DNA of 64,000 nucleotides from Phoronis australis. Taxonomy: Eukaryota; Animalia; Phoronida. The stretch's first letter is position 1, and each line of letters starts with the position of its first letter. Below the pieces are notes generated by a model that was not told the DNA's origin, ran no database searches, and saw only the letters and a program-made list of their open reading frames with translations. This document shows, one piece after another, positions 40,401 to 54,133 of the stretch. The translations under genes were made by a program, and so were the position numbers. The stretch is taken from positions 301,219 through 365,218 of the forward strand of contig NMRA01000457.1 in NCBI GenBank assembly GCA_002633005.1. The letters are read 5' to 3'.

Positions 40401-43400
40401 ATGAAATCGGCTGCAACTGTTTTGATTTCTAGTCTCATCTCACAATGCATTTTGACGTGTATCTACACAGTTTGTTTTCCACTTGTGTCGTCTTGGAAAT
40501 GGTTTAAGTAATAATCCGAAACGTCGGGTTTAACATGTCTGTATTTACTTACGCGCTCATCTTAAAATCCGTGCTTCTGTTTTGGCCTAAAACGATCGTT
40601 TACGTAGATTACAAGACGGGCTACGGGACAGACACTATACTACCTCCGCATCAATAAAAAAGAAGAAAGAAGTTTTTAGGGCTTTCGGGGGGGCCTTCGC
40701 ACATTGTGCTTACGCTTCTAATGGCGACATTCTAGATCCACTAGTAAATTAGTTCCCAAAAACACCGTTGAAGATACTCTTTTTAACTCTTTTAACTAAA
40801 ATAGGGATTTTTTCAGTTCAGTCGACACTTCTGCTCAAATAATACTCATTCAACACAACTCCAAATATCATCAAACTTAGCTGAATTTAACATGAAGTTT
40901 AATTTTGATATTTATGCTGATGGTGCACTGCCATCTAAAATGGCCGCCATAATGAGCAACAGCTTTCCGCGGGAACCCTCCCGCTTTCTAAAATAATGCA
41001 AGCACAAACTGATGAAACTCAGCTTATGTTCTAAATTGACGAATGTAACGAAAACAATACTTTAATTTTCTCTTTATTTTTCCTGAGACCTAACAAGATT
41101 CTTACCTGCGGAATATCCCGAGACATAAGAGGAAGTTTCTTCAACTTTCGTTGTACTTTCACTACTGAGGGTTGAACCAGCCTGACAACTGCAAGACGTT
41201 ACTTCTGACGTCAGTCGTGTAGTGGGAGTGGGAACGTGAAACGTGGGTGGAGTTTCTGTCAGAATTCTAGTTTTAGTAGTTACTACTGATGAGGATGGCT
41301 GTTGCTTAGTGAATAATGTAGGCGGAATTTTCATTGATGACTGACGTTCTGTGGATAACGTTGGAGCCTTACTGGATGATCCAGTGGTGGTGGTTGGACT
41401 TTTCGTAGGGATGGGTGGAGTACGATAGGTCGTCGGTATCTGTTCGGGCTTGAAGTTTATTCTTTCTACAAAGGTGGCTTCCATCAGTATTTCCTTAAAA
41501 ATAATTTACATAATTTACACGTGGTAAGCGCATCATTTTTTATGATGAAACGTTTTTTTCAAAAACAAATAACTGTACAAAACAGATTTACCCTAGACTT
41601 CAAGAAACTAAAGGGACATTTTTGGTGAGGAAACTGATTCCAGAGATCAGTCTCCGTAGGAAATTGGATGTAGATGTACAACTGACACGGTTGCAGCCTA
41701 CCGCTGGCGGAGCGAATTCCCGTTCGATGTATGACTTAGTAGTTTAATTTAACTGCCCCTAATTTCAGCGAACGTCTGTAATAAAATCGCAAAACACGCT
41801 GGATTTTGTTGTTTTATAATGATAACAACAAGAAGTCTATTATTCCATCGAACAATAATCTCCAAAATACGATTTTCGACAGTAAAACCGACAATGGCCT
41901 CTTTAAGTGACCAGGTGCAAAAATCTTTTTTTAGAGCAAAATTCAGTGCCTGTGTTGAAGAAATTATTGTCACCCTGGACTCGACGTCTGGGCTGCGTGA
42001 GTGCATTCACTGGATTCCGGGTCAGTATGTTGGCAATCAAATACATGAAGGAAGTCAGGTACGACGGAATCTCTCTCAGTCTTATTAGCTACTAGAATTC
42101 TAGATGAACTACTACTCGTTTATGTACAATTCTTGGCACAAGTTGTAGAAGGATTGACCCTGGCGGCTGAGAGGCGGGGCCTCATGCTGCTAATAACAGA
42201 GAATGTAACAAGTTAGGATATTGGCATAGATTTTCAGAAAACAAGACAGAGTGGCACCAGAAATCTTTCTCATGAATAACGGGTAGGTAGCTTAGGAAGG
42301 TAAAAACATGTACTAAGTTTGAAATACCTAAATTGAGCTTCCTCAATGTTTTAATGACGAAAGTTTATTCTTGACTGAACATACTTTGAATCTTCCTGCG
42401 CTTACCTGTTCGACGAACTTTAATGAGCCGTCGTGAACTGTTTTCGCAAGGTTCGTATACACTGTGGTTGAACTGTTTGTGTTATATGTCTCGTTCAGTC
42501 GCCCGTTTACGCGCGCGGCGTCCAGAAGGATTGCGTAAAAGAAGCAATGTTGAAACCCATCGTATTCGAACTAAGAGTACAGAAAAAAAGAAGAAAAAGA
42601 TGTAGCTCCGCTTTTCGACATGAAATCTTTCTGGCGGTGCCCCCAAAAAGATCGAAAAAGTTGAATGACACTAAATTTAAAAGTCCATTTACTCAATATT
42701 TGGCTACCGAAAACCGAAAAATGATCTAAGCCACGGATTTTATGACCTTAAAGGCTCGTAAAATCGGTTTCATAATTCCTTACCGGATGGGCGGATGTTC
42801 GTTACAAGCAAGAACATCCGCGACTCAAGAAAACGCTCCAAAGTTTGTTGAAGCATGCCAATCCTAAAATTGTGCACGTGCGCAACATCCGGTTGAAATG
42901 AATGACATTCTCATAAAACAACAATTCAAAGAATATCATAAGATCAATTTCACGAGAGTAAAAGATCAAGTTCGATTTTCGTTTTTAATCACCTTAACAT
43001 CGCAAAATGCAAGTTTAACAATTAATTCGTGAAAACAGATGCCTTGTTATAATTATAATTTTAATTACAACCCCGTGGAACATTTCGCATCTTTGAAAAC
43101 TAGGAGTGTTAATATAACTAGCCTTGGTTCAGATTTAACTTTTTTTCTGACAAATTCAAAATCTAAACAGTCGAATTAACCGACCGTTAACGGATAGCGA
43201 AATTTTACGTGAACATCCCACTGCATAGATGTGTGCCAGAATCCAAAAAGCTACCGTCTGCTCGGTAAGCAGACGTTTAGTTTTGCGTAAGCGCTACTTG
43301 TTTGCTCGTAGCTATGACAAACTGAACTCATGGTTGTTTGAAATACTACTGAAATGACGTGATCTCTACAGATCACATATCTACAAATGGCGGTTGGCGG

Positions 43401-46400
43401 GATGACTGCTATCCCACATGAGTACGTAACCTACGCCTACCCTCTGTCACAGCGCAACCTGCATAGTCGCAGCACAGGGAAAGTGCATATTGTTACGCAT
43501 GTCTATCCGTGAAAAGTCATTGAAATACTTTGCCTACAGTGTAGATGTCACCCTGATGTGTGCTTGTCTCTGCATCCAGCCTCCCTTTTACAGTCTGATG
43601 TAATACTCGAAAACGAGGCCATTGGGTTTGATTTTTCCCATTGTCTATTTACGATACAGTAGAATTGCACAGTAAACCAGAACCATTGGCAGCACTTGAT
43701 TGACTTCGCCGGTTCCGCCAGGTCAACCAGGTAAGACATCTGATTGGTTCTCGATGACGTCGTCTGACCTTAAACTAATCGCATTTAATTTAGACAGTTT
43801 ACCCGACTGCACTGGCACTCAATCACGTGCATTCAATCACGTGTAGTAAATCACGAGCAGTCAATCACGTGCAGTCAATCACGTGCAGTCAATCACGTGC
43901 AGTCAATCACGTGCAGTCAATCACGTGCAGTCAATCACGTGCAGTCAATCACGTGCAGTCAATCACGTGCAGTCAATCACGTGAAGTCAATCACGTGCAG
44001 TCAATGTGAGCAGTGGGCATGGTCATAACAGCTCGTGCTTATCATCTGTATTACCACTCGAGTTACTCCAATTAAATTTCCAATATTATATGTTTATGTG
44101 CAGCTGGTTTAAATACACAGGTTGTGCTCAACCTTGGTTGACCAATGGAGAACCAGGTGTCAGGTATGTTCACCAGACTCTAATGCGTCAACGCGTATAC
44201 CTCCTTCAAGGATGCCAAGACGGAATAACTCTATCGACTGAAAATGTTTAAAATCATTTGAAAATGAGGTTGCTCAACTTGATTCTATCCCACCGTTAAC
44301 GCATATTCAGACCAGAATACATCTTACCTCGGCCTTGACAATGCGTAGTGGTTCGATTCCAAGTCTTTTGGCAACCAACTTCTTAATGTTTATGGCTGCA
44401 TTCTCAGCAATCACCAAGTCCATATTTTGAAGGCCAACTGAAATTTGTTGTTTGAAATATAGACCCCAAATGCATCTCACGTTTTGTTGCGCCATCGAAA
44501 GTTTGGTTTTAGATCCATACAATGCAATAAATTATAGAAAAACAAACAATGAGTGGAATGAAAGCACAGGTTTGACCATTTGACTTTGCTGGCGACGTTG
44601 TCGGACACCAGACGATTTACAGTAATTCTTCTCTTGCTTTTTGCACAGAAATAAATCACAAAGTTGTCAATATCCTGTTTTTTCACTGTTTGTTTTTAAA
44701 AATTGATTCAAATAATGGAAACTTTACTAAGTGACATTTATGAGTGATAACCCACACCGGAATTGGAACAACATTTTTGGAACCTTTATTTTTGGTGAGA
44801 AGTTTGACAAAATAAAATTTAACTTGTCCGTCACGTTGCATGCTACATACGTAAAGGAACGCAAAGGTTGTGTAAAGTCCGTTTGCACGTGTTTGCACGA
44901 AAATTGTTGTTTAAGCCTAGCTCCCAAGAATTAAAAAGTTACTAAACCCTGTTTTAATAATATCAGTCAATCCTCGTTTTGTCACCTGCTAATTCATCAT
45001 TTGCATCCGTTTTGAAAGATAAAAGCAGGAATCAACTAAAAACTCATACCCCTGTCTCACAAATTGGATATGGCCTTTTCCCACAGTTGCGTGTAATTCG
45101 CTAAAAGCGTAGGTCACGGTTGCCAGTTTAACAGACTTTAAAAGGAGTTTACAAATTTGCCTCCAAACTTTTGAGGACTGTTGAGGGCTACAGAGCATTA
45201 TTTCGTTTCAGGAAACTGGATGGGAAAGTCGTTTTTAGTATCTATTAATAGGCCAATACCATCAAGTGTAATCACAAAACGAATTTCAGTGCCCGGAGGA
45301 TAGCAATGGCTGATGTCTTCAAACTCCTTCCAGTTCTCGGGTGAAAAGTTGAATCCGATAATGTTGACAACTTCGACAAGTTTCGGCTTTGTTTGCGGCA
45401 TGAGCTGTAAAATACAATGTCAGTGTTTATTCTTGACTTTCAATAGAAACGTTTTTGCTGACGTCATGGGGAGTGCGGTAGTAGTTGCGTTATGAGTTTC
45501 ATTACTGATATAAACGGTAACAGTAGCACAGCCCTTATGACGGAGTCGTAACGGTTTGGAAACCCTAGATACTAATCATTTACTATTCGTAAATGCTATA
45601 AATAAATCCGTTATAAATGCAAATGTAAATTTCAAATCAAATGTAGGCCTATTTATTTATGCAAGCGTGCAATGCAAATGGAATTTAAGGTGGCTATAGG
45701 AGACCATCTTCCATCGCAAAAAACAACATTTGACGTATATCATTTGCTGTTATGAAATTGGTCTAAAATGATCCTTAGCCAAATCAGATGTGATTTTACT
45801 CATTTTAGAGCTTCAAACGAAGGCACAAGTTGGCTTGTTATAACTTGTCATGTTATGCTCTGAGCATGGTTCAAAGGGATACGAACCCCTAGACCCTTGC
45901 ACACGTATACATCACTGATCTGAGTGAAAGAACATGTTGAGAGCAAGTTTATAGAGGTGGTCTAAAATAAAATGAAAAGTTTACTTCTCAGACGGAACAT
46001 GGGTTTATAGTCGCTTTGATGTTGACAATGACCTTTTGGGGTTAAAAATTTCAGTGGGTTGCGGCAACACCTGTGCTCCTTACAGAACGAAACCCAGGAA
46101 ACCAGACAAACTACACAATTAGCGTTCTCTTGATCAGTGCTCATTTGCAGCTCATTTCATTCATAAGTAGAGACACGATGCGGAATATCTCGTCGATATT
46201 TGAGGTGGCTTGGGGTCGTAAACAAAAGGCTATGAAGTCAACCAGTCGTACACGGCTTACATGTAACACCTCGGATATTTTCGTAGCTTCTAATTTACCC
46301 TAGAAAGTGAACTTTATCCGAACTTCAGTTATACGTCCAACTATTTTCTAGTGAAGTCTGCCTGTGCGCAGTTAACGATTACCGCCGATGGCTTCCTGAA

Positions 46401-49400
46401 CATCTCGGGTATTTTCGTAACCTCCAGTGTTTCATATCTGCGTATATTTATGTGAATTTCAGACAGAACTGCAAAGGTTTTTTAAAAACCGCGGCTTTCT
46501 GCCTTGTAAGTTTTAAAAGACGTTTTAGCCTGTTACCACAGGAATATGCCCGCACTGGTACGCCGTAAAATGTAACAACTGTTACATTTTAGGTCATTGT
46601 TACATTTCACGTTGCTAGGCCTCCCCTAAAATGTAACTCTGAGTTGTTACATTTTATGTAATTGTTACAATTTACGTCAAATGCGCATGCGAGAAATGTA
46701 CCATTGTTATATTTTACGAAAGCAACGTCATATTTCATGAGGTTGCGTGGTATTAGTCGCACGGAAGAAAACCGTTCACACACTTAACGCCTTCTTTCTC
46801 GTTTTGGGTGAACTATCAACTATGCCAGGTTGAACTTATAGATGTGTCCCTATGTGCTTTACATGTTTTTTATGGTATGGTAAAAAATGCACACCGTACA
46901 GTTTCAACTCCACACGAAAGGAGTTTCCAGGATCAGGTAAGAAGTTTTTTATTGTTAAAGCGTTCTTGCAATCTTATGTTGGCGCTCACAGGTCATAAAT
47001 CAATTGTGTATTCGATTCACTCTGCCCATCATACCTTCAGAACATTTGATTAAGTCTCAATGGTGGACTTCCAGGTTGTGAGACCAATGAATGTAGTCTC
47101 GAACAGTGTACTTTTAGTTCGTGCAGAAGAAGAATGTTAGTCTGCGCACAAGTTTCTTACCTTGTAAGTCTTTATCATGATAAGAGTGCCAACTTGATAC
47201 ACAACTCCTGGTGACGTGACCCACGGAGACTACACAAAGAGAGAACAAAGACCACTAAATGCTCGACTATGTGAATTAATCCCTGTATACACAGTAGACA
47301 TATACGAGGTCTTCGAATGTTCGGAGCCTGTGGCTCATAAATGTTAGCCTGTAGTCGCAACCAATTTTTATTCCGTATCTTGTCAATTATTTGGATTAGA
47401 CAAGGTCGGCGGCAGTTAAGGTTTTGTTGCAATTTTGAGGTATGCGTTACAAGAAGGTTCAGTGAATCTGGTTTGCTTGTGTTTTACAGTATGTTGTGAA
47501 TGATAAAAACTACTGGGTCAGCTCTAGATCCACTACTTTAAACCAGCGCCCCCTGTAGCATCTTGCCATTGCATTGCAGCCAGCCCGAGGAATCTGCTGC
47601 GATTTCAGGTAGACCTCAGACAAACCAGAAGAACAAAACAATCTGATCGAAAGGTAAGCACTTTTGGGCCACATTTGGGGAATTTAAAGGAAATTTGTTT
47701 TCATAATCCAGTGTTGATTTATACCCAGCTTTAACCGGGCAGGGAAGTAAATTTTCCGATTTGCGCTTCTGTCAAAATTTTCGAAACCGTTCGCTACCTT
47801 TTGAAATGAAAGGGCCAAAATATGAAACAATTTCTCTGGTCATGTGTAGCACTGTCAAGGTGAAATTCTTCAAAGTTTTCATTTTGTTCATAGTTTTCAC
47901 CACAGTGGAAGAGAGGGGACAGATCTAGTGATGTGTGCTCTGCCAGGCGAAAGCCAAAGGAAACTTTTCAGTGCCTCCATGTGACTAATCGGAGTGTGTA
48001 GACATGTCTGTACTTGCGTTGAGTCGATCGGCGCATATACTCCGATTCAACAAGCTCGACTTCGTAGGTTACTAGTCGTACACGTATTTGCATACAACAA
48101 TTAATCAGACTTTGTAGACAGGCTTAATAGATACTTACTGACAAAAAGTACCATTCCCTTGTCATGTTGGAACCAACTCGGCCAATCCAAATTTCGCTCC
48201 ATACGTCTCTCACTTTTCTCTAAACGATAAAGTGCGTTAAGAAGTCAAACTATGCCACAGAAGCCACTCAATAAAACATCCAAACCAACAAATTTTCCTG
48301 TCTTCTATTAATTGCACCAACAAATTTATCCAAATCTTTTGATTGCACCATGGGAAACTAGGTCGCAAGCTGGTCGAAATCGGTATGTTGAAGTATCCGT
48401 TGTTCACTTTGTTTTTCTTTGTTATATTAAAGATATTGGTAAGCATTTGTCGGTAACCGGCTGATGTGCGTCCAAGCAATGAGCTATACCTGGTATCAGC
48501 TCATTGGTCCAAGGTACATGTACGATGTCCATGCGATCTATATTGTTATATCCAACAAGCCGCAGTGAAAGAAAACAATGGCAGCGTCTTATAGGTGATA
48601 GCCATGCGACGCGTTTACGTCCGTCGCATGGATGTCGCAAGTTAAACTATACCTTGCAAACTCCATACGACATCATTTCGAGTAGAGCTTGCGTAATAAT
48701 TAATCAATATTGCTACAGTAGGTCATCATAGTTACAACTTTTGTAGCGCTAACATAAACTCGACATATTTATAAATTGAAATTGAATAAAATTATCTTCA
48801 ATATTGATAGCCCTAATTTCGAAGCAATTTTTATCATTTTCTAGTAAAGCTACAGTCTACACGTAACTTCTAAAATTACAAAGGTCATTTTTCCAAACAA
48901 GTGTGTCTTGACAATTTTATAAAGGTAGTCATTACACAATATTGTGACACCGTAACAATTAAGTCGTAATCTTTGATACGATACGATGCCGCGGAAAGTA
49001 TTTGTAAAGTAACCCGATGCATGGAGTCGCGCTCCGGTTTTCTTTAATTTTGCGCATATCCCAACTTTACCCTGTTTTCTTTTGAGCGTGGAATTCCTCT
49101 CTGAGATTGTTTTGGTCTTGTAACAGTTTTGTGTTTCCGTTGAGTGTGTTTGTCTTTGTTGTGACAACACACAGTTTTCAATTTCTAAGCTTCAAAATTG
49201 GCTCAGGAATAGTAAAGCTGCATCTTGTGCAAACTTTAAAGGAACTTCCTCGGTTTTACGCCGAAAACTCATTATTGGGGTTATTGGTGTTAATCTTAGT
49301 CCTTCAGCACATTGTTTAAAAACACGAAAAATAACAGGAATCTTCTTCCTAAGCCAGACCCTAATAATTAGCGAATTACCTTGCGCAACTTCTCTGGTGC

Positions 49401-52400
49401 TGATTATTGTTTCACGTCGAGTTTCAGTATTTCGCTACATGACTTTGCTTTTCCTGTGTTTGTTATGAAATTAGAAAATATGGACTTACTTTATTTTTAC
49501 ACGCTTACATGTACGTAGTCTATCTATTCCGGTACAGTACCGATCTCATGCTATGCGTCACGCAAAGCATTTTTAAATGCTTTTCGTGACGCACAGTTGA
49601 AACGACAAGTAGCGTCTTGAGAAATTGCAATTGTTCAGTTTGCGAATGAGCAATTTTCAGTCAAATTTGGGAAGAATTTCAAAACAACTTTCCTTGAGAG
49701 CACTGAAAAACTGTAAACATCGTATTAATGTTCACTGACCTTTCCTACAAACACGGTACTAAGATCATCCTCTACGCCAAGGAACTCGTTCACGCCAATC
49801 ATAGAAAATGAAGAATTTCCTCTTCGGTTCACCATTTTGTCATCTGGTTTGATGAAGCTGGGCAGACATCCCCAATCATACATTTCAATAGTATATCTGA
49901 TGCCTGTAAAGTACAATAACTAGTTTCGTTACTTATCCGTTTCTCCCTGGCAGATGGTAGTACATATATTTTTCTGTTTCTTTCCAAAATAAATACAGCT
50001 CTAATCGGAGATTCGTTTCGGAGGTATGAATTTTCATTCCAGTAAAGGTTCTCTAAACTTTTTGTCTATTGTTGCCGTATTTACCATCGCGAAAACATTT
50101 TACGGAGAAAGTTCCACAGTGAGGGTATATTTTCACTGTAGTAAACCCCAATGATAACTTTACGTTTTGTCATATTTTGATAGTGAGAAGCCTCCGGATT
50201 TCGACCATCGAAAAACGTCTTGGGGTTAAAGTTAGACCCCCTCTGTAGACGTAACTGGAATGATCTGGCTCAATTCGAGAATCTGCCAACTTCGACAAAG
50301 CGAGTTGCCATTTTGCACATGCATGCATGTAGTTTCCGGTCATATCAAGTAACTTTAGAGTACGGCCATTCCTTGTTCTGTTTGATATAGCTCTTTTTTA
50401 ACATTTTTACCGGTGCGTCATAATTATCTAATTTAGCTCAAACTGTTATTTAGTGGACGAGAAGTTTTGGGACTTCTTCAAGGCCCAACCTAGCGTATTT
50501 TTGACAAAGGCAATCCAGTTGCTAGCGGCATGTAACGAATCACACGAAATTGTTTTTTGTGAACTATCAAGGTCAATTTTTGAGGTCATTTTTGAACCCA
50601 GTAGGGACTGGATAGTGTCGCTGGAATGTTGGATTGTGGGAGGGAATCACAATCGCAATTCATTAAAAAAGCTTGCTCTCCACAAGTGACTCGCAAGTGT
50701 TTTACATGTACGTAAGACGCTCCTTTTCATACATGTTCAGGAATTGTAGACATCTATCTACTGTGCATGGCAAAAATACAATTTGTCGTACCTGTATTAA
50801 AATCATATATAACGGTTTCGTGGGTGTCAGTGTCCGAGAATTTTCCCGAAGTTTTCATCATTTTTGAATCAGCATCATACCACACCTGGCAAGAAAAGCA
50901 ACTTGAAAAATCAAAATAACCTGTCTGAAGACGAGAGAAACGACGGTCTTAAACAGAACCCTAGGGCCTCACTTGTATTGTTAAATAGAAAATGAAAAGG
51001 AGTCCACCTATTGTTGAGTTTATGGAATATTCACAATTTTTGTAGAAATGTTTTTTCCTATTTTTTAATACTCACTTTTTGTTTTTAAGTATTCGACACA
51101 AACCTTAATATCCATTATTTCGGCCATGTAAGTGACATTTGCCAAGAACTGATATTAAATTTAGCACTTTTGGTTCTGCAAGTTTGCCGAAGATAACATC
51201 CGGACAAGAGAAATTCATTGATAAATTCAACTTTTGACAAACCATTGAAACCAGGATAGTTTAAAAGGTCGTACAAATTCACAAGACCAAAAAGGCACAG
51301 GTTCGGGAATTGGTGATTCTAATTTTTCTTGAAAAGTATTGGTACTTAAAAGTTTATGAATCAAACGGATTTGAAACATTTCAATTTTGTATCAGCTAAT
51401 GCTAAAATATAGACAGGTATGCAAAAATCTCTGCACGTGGAGATTTGGCGTGATTGAATCACCCTTTCGGATCTTGAAGCTAATCTTAAAATATTCGTAA
51501 GAGGAGTTATGTTGAATCACTGAGAGAAGAGAGCTACTAGCCAACATAATTTTCACTGGAAAAAAGTGTTTCATACACGACATTCCACGAAATCGAATCC
51601 AAGGCCTTCTGGACTTCGACTAGTCCTAGAAGGTCTGACATATTAATTTTCCCTATATACTTGCAAACTCATCAGGTCATAACCGTTTTTCGTGTTTTCA
51701 CCTATGTTTAATAAACCCTTTTGGTTTTCATGCATAGTGAAACTAGCTTTAGATTAGAAGTAATTGTTTCTCCATTCTAATATTCAATTTGTCAGGTTTT
51801 TGGTGTTATAATTCCTTTTTCCAAATTAAAAAAACAATATTTTGATGGTTTTTCACCATACTCAATCCATCTTCTTCAGGTTATCATCATTGCTTTTCTC
51901 GAAATATCTCGTAATTCCTCAAAACGTTGTTCAAAAATTTCATCAAAATGGATTGGTCGTCGTTTTTGTGTTAAGTCAAATAGCATGTTCCTTTGTATTT
52001 CTAAACTTTTAGTTGGGATATTGGTCTCTGAATAGTTTCATTGGGAATGTTGAGAGGCAACATTTCAACAAACAAAGAATCGTGTGCGTGCATATTCAAA
52101 TCATTATCTGAAATCTCAAAAATGCATCTCTGCTACATTGTATAAGGCACGGTAGCGTAATGATTTTTATCTGAGCTAAATCATGTTTAACAAATTCCAC
52201 AAAGGCCGGACCTGTAGAAACTGCAACTCTGATTCCAACCACAAAACAGAAATAATCAGTCCTACAGGTATATCCTTGTTCATATGTCACAATTTCCATA
52301 TCATGCTAGTAAAGCTGGGCGTTCTTTACCGGATTCGTTCTACTCCGAGTCAATTTTGTCCTGTCGGGATTGCCATGTCGCCAAGGGTCAATAAGATCGA

Positions 52401-54081
52401 ATTGAGCAGAAACAATAATTTCCGTTTTCACATTCGGGATTTTCAAATGATTGTATGAAAAACAAACTTAAACTTAATTCGAATCACTACAAATTATAAG
52501 GAAATCTTTTTCAAGCTCCGACAGGGTGTATCCAATTGATTCCGTTTGTCACAATAAATGTCATTCAAATTTATAAAAGAAACTTTAATACGTTTTCGAT
52601 AAGGATATTCGTTAATGATAAATTATCACTATAGTCGTATTTTTCGTAAGTCACCTCAAAGTTGAATTTATTATGAAGCAAAATGCACACTCCTCTCGCG
52701 TTACTGGTGCGGCAACTTATGTAAACATTGTACCCCACACCGCTCTAATTATCGTATTCTTTTCATATTCTATAAAATGTGTGTCCTGTAAACAGTAAAT
52801 CGATAAGTTTCTCTCCGAATAAATCTAAAAAAACATCTCAGTCTAAAAATTGCACTTTCACTCACTGTGTAAGTTCCGTAAAAGAAGACGTAGAGACCAC
52901 AATAATCACACACATTCACGACGTGCGCTCATCACGAATACAAATACATGTCCTGCAATATTTTGGTCGTTCTTCAGCCACGCTGTGAGAATATATTAAA
53001 CCAGTTTTAACAGTATCTTCCACATATTAAATATGTGGAAGATACCGTTTCATTTACATTCACCACTTTAGAATACAGGGCGATCTTCTTCATGTCATCC
53101 GAAAGTTATCATTACAATATTTACATGTTTATAAACATTTCGTAATTTTCAGCCTTGTTTGTGTTTGCTTTATATCTTATTCTGCAATGAATTTTAAAAG
53201 CAAATGAACAAGTGGGTGAGGTTTCCGTGGACACCTCATCTCATGTGGCGGAATGAGTGCTCATAATGCATGAGCCAGCTGTCATACTATACGGTGGCCA
53301 TTTTAGGTGGTGGTGCACCATAAAAACATTTATATTAAAATCAGCTAAATTTGAAACTCTTTGGAGTTATGGTGAATGAGCATTACTTGGTCTTAAACTT
53401 TGACAGAAATAATTTACGTTAAAGTCCTTTTTATGAAGTTTTTAACTAGAATGAAACTTAAATAGTATCTTTAAATCAATGTGCAAACAATAATTGTAAG
53501 GGCAATACAAAGCGTTGAAATGAGCCCACGACTGTNNNNNNNNNNNNNNNNNNNNNNNNNNNNNNNNNNNNNNNNNNNNNNNNNNNNNNNNNNNNNNNNN
53601 NNNNNNNNNNNNNNNNNNNNNNNNNNNNNNNNNNNNNNNNNNNNNNNNNNNNNNNNNNNNNNNNNNNNNNNNNNNNNNNNNNNNNNNNNNNNNNNNNNNN
53701 NNNNNNNNNNNNNNNNNNNNNNNNNNNNNNNNNNNNNNNNNNNNNNNNNNNNNNNNNNNNNNNNNNNNNNNNNNNNNNNNNNNNNNNNNNNNNNNNNNNN
53801 NNNNNNNNNNNNNNNNNNNNNNNNNNNNNNNNNNNNNNNNNNNNNNNNNNNNNNNNNNNNNNNNNNNNNNNNNNNNNNNNNNNNNNNNNNNNNNNNNNNN
53901 NNNNNNNNNNNNNNNNNNNNNNNNNNNNNNNNNNNNNNNNNNNNNNNNNNNNNNNNNNNNNNNNNNNNNNNNNNNNNNNNNNNNNNNNNNNNNNNNNNNN
54001 NNNNNNNNNNNNNNNNNNNNNNNNNNNNNNNNNNNNNNNNNNNNNNNNNNNNNNNNNNNNNNNNNNNNNNNNNNNNNNNNN

Positions 54082-54133
<52 letters not shown>

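Larger units (their letters stand above)
39224..40575. repeat. ~70-bp inverted repeats (39224-39293 / 40506-40575) enclosing nested MITEs
   Basis: agcacgaattttaagatgagcgcgtaagtaaatacagacatgttaaacccgacgtttcgg and its near-perfect reverse complement. Confidence 0.8.

Noticed and set aside
40506-40535. Hammerhead ribozyme / Penelope end (ccgaaacgtcgg)
   Set aside because: No CTGANGA core at the required upstream position.
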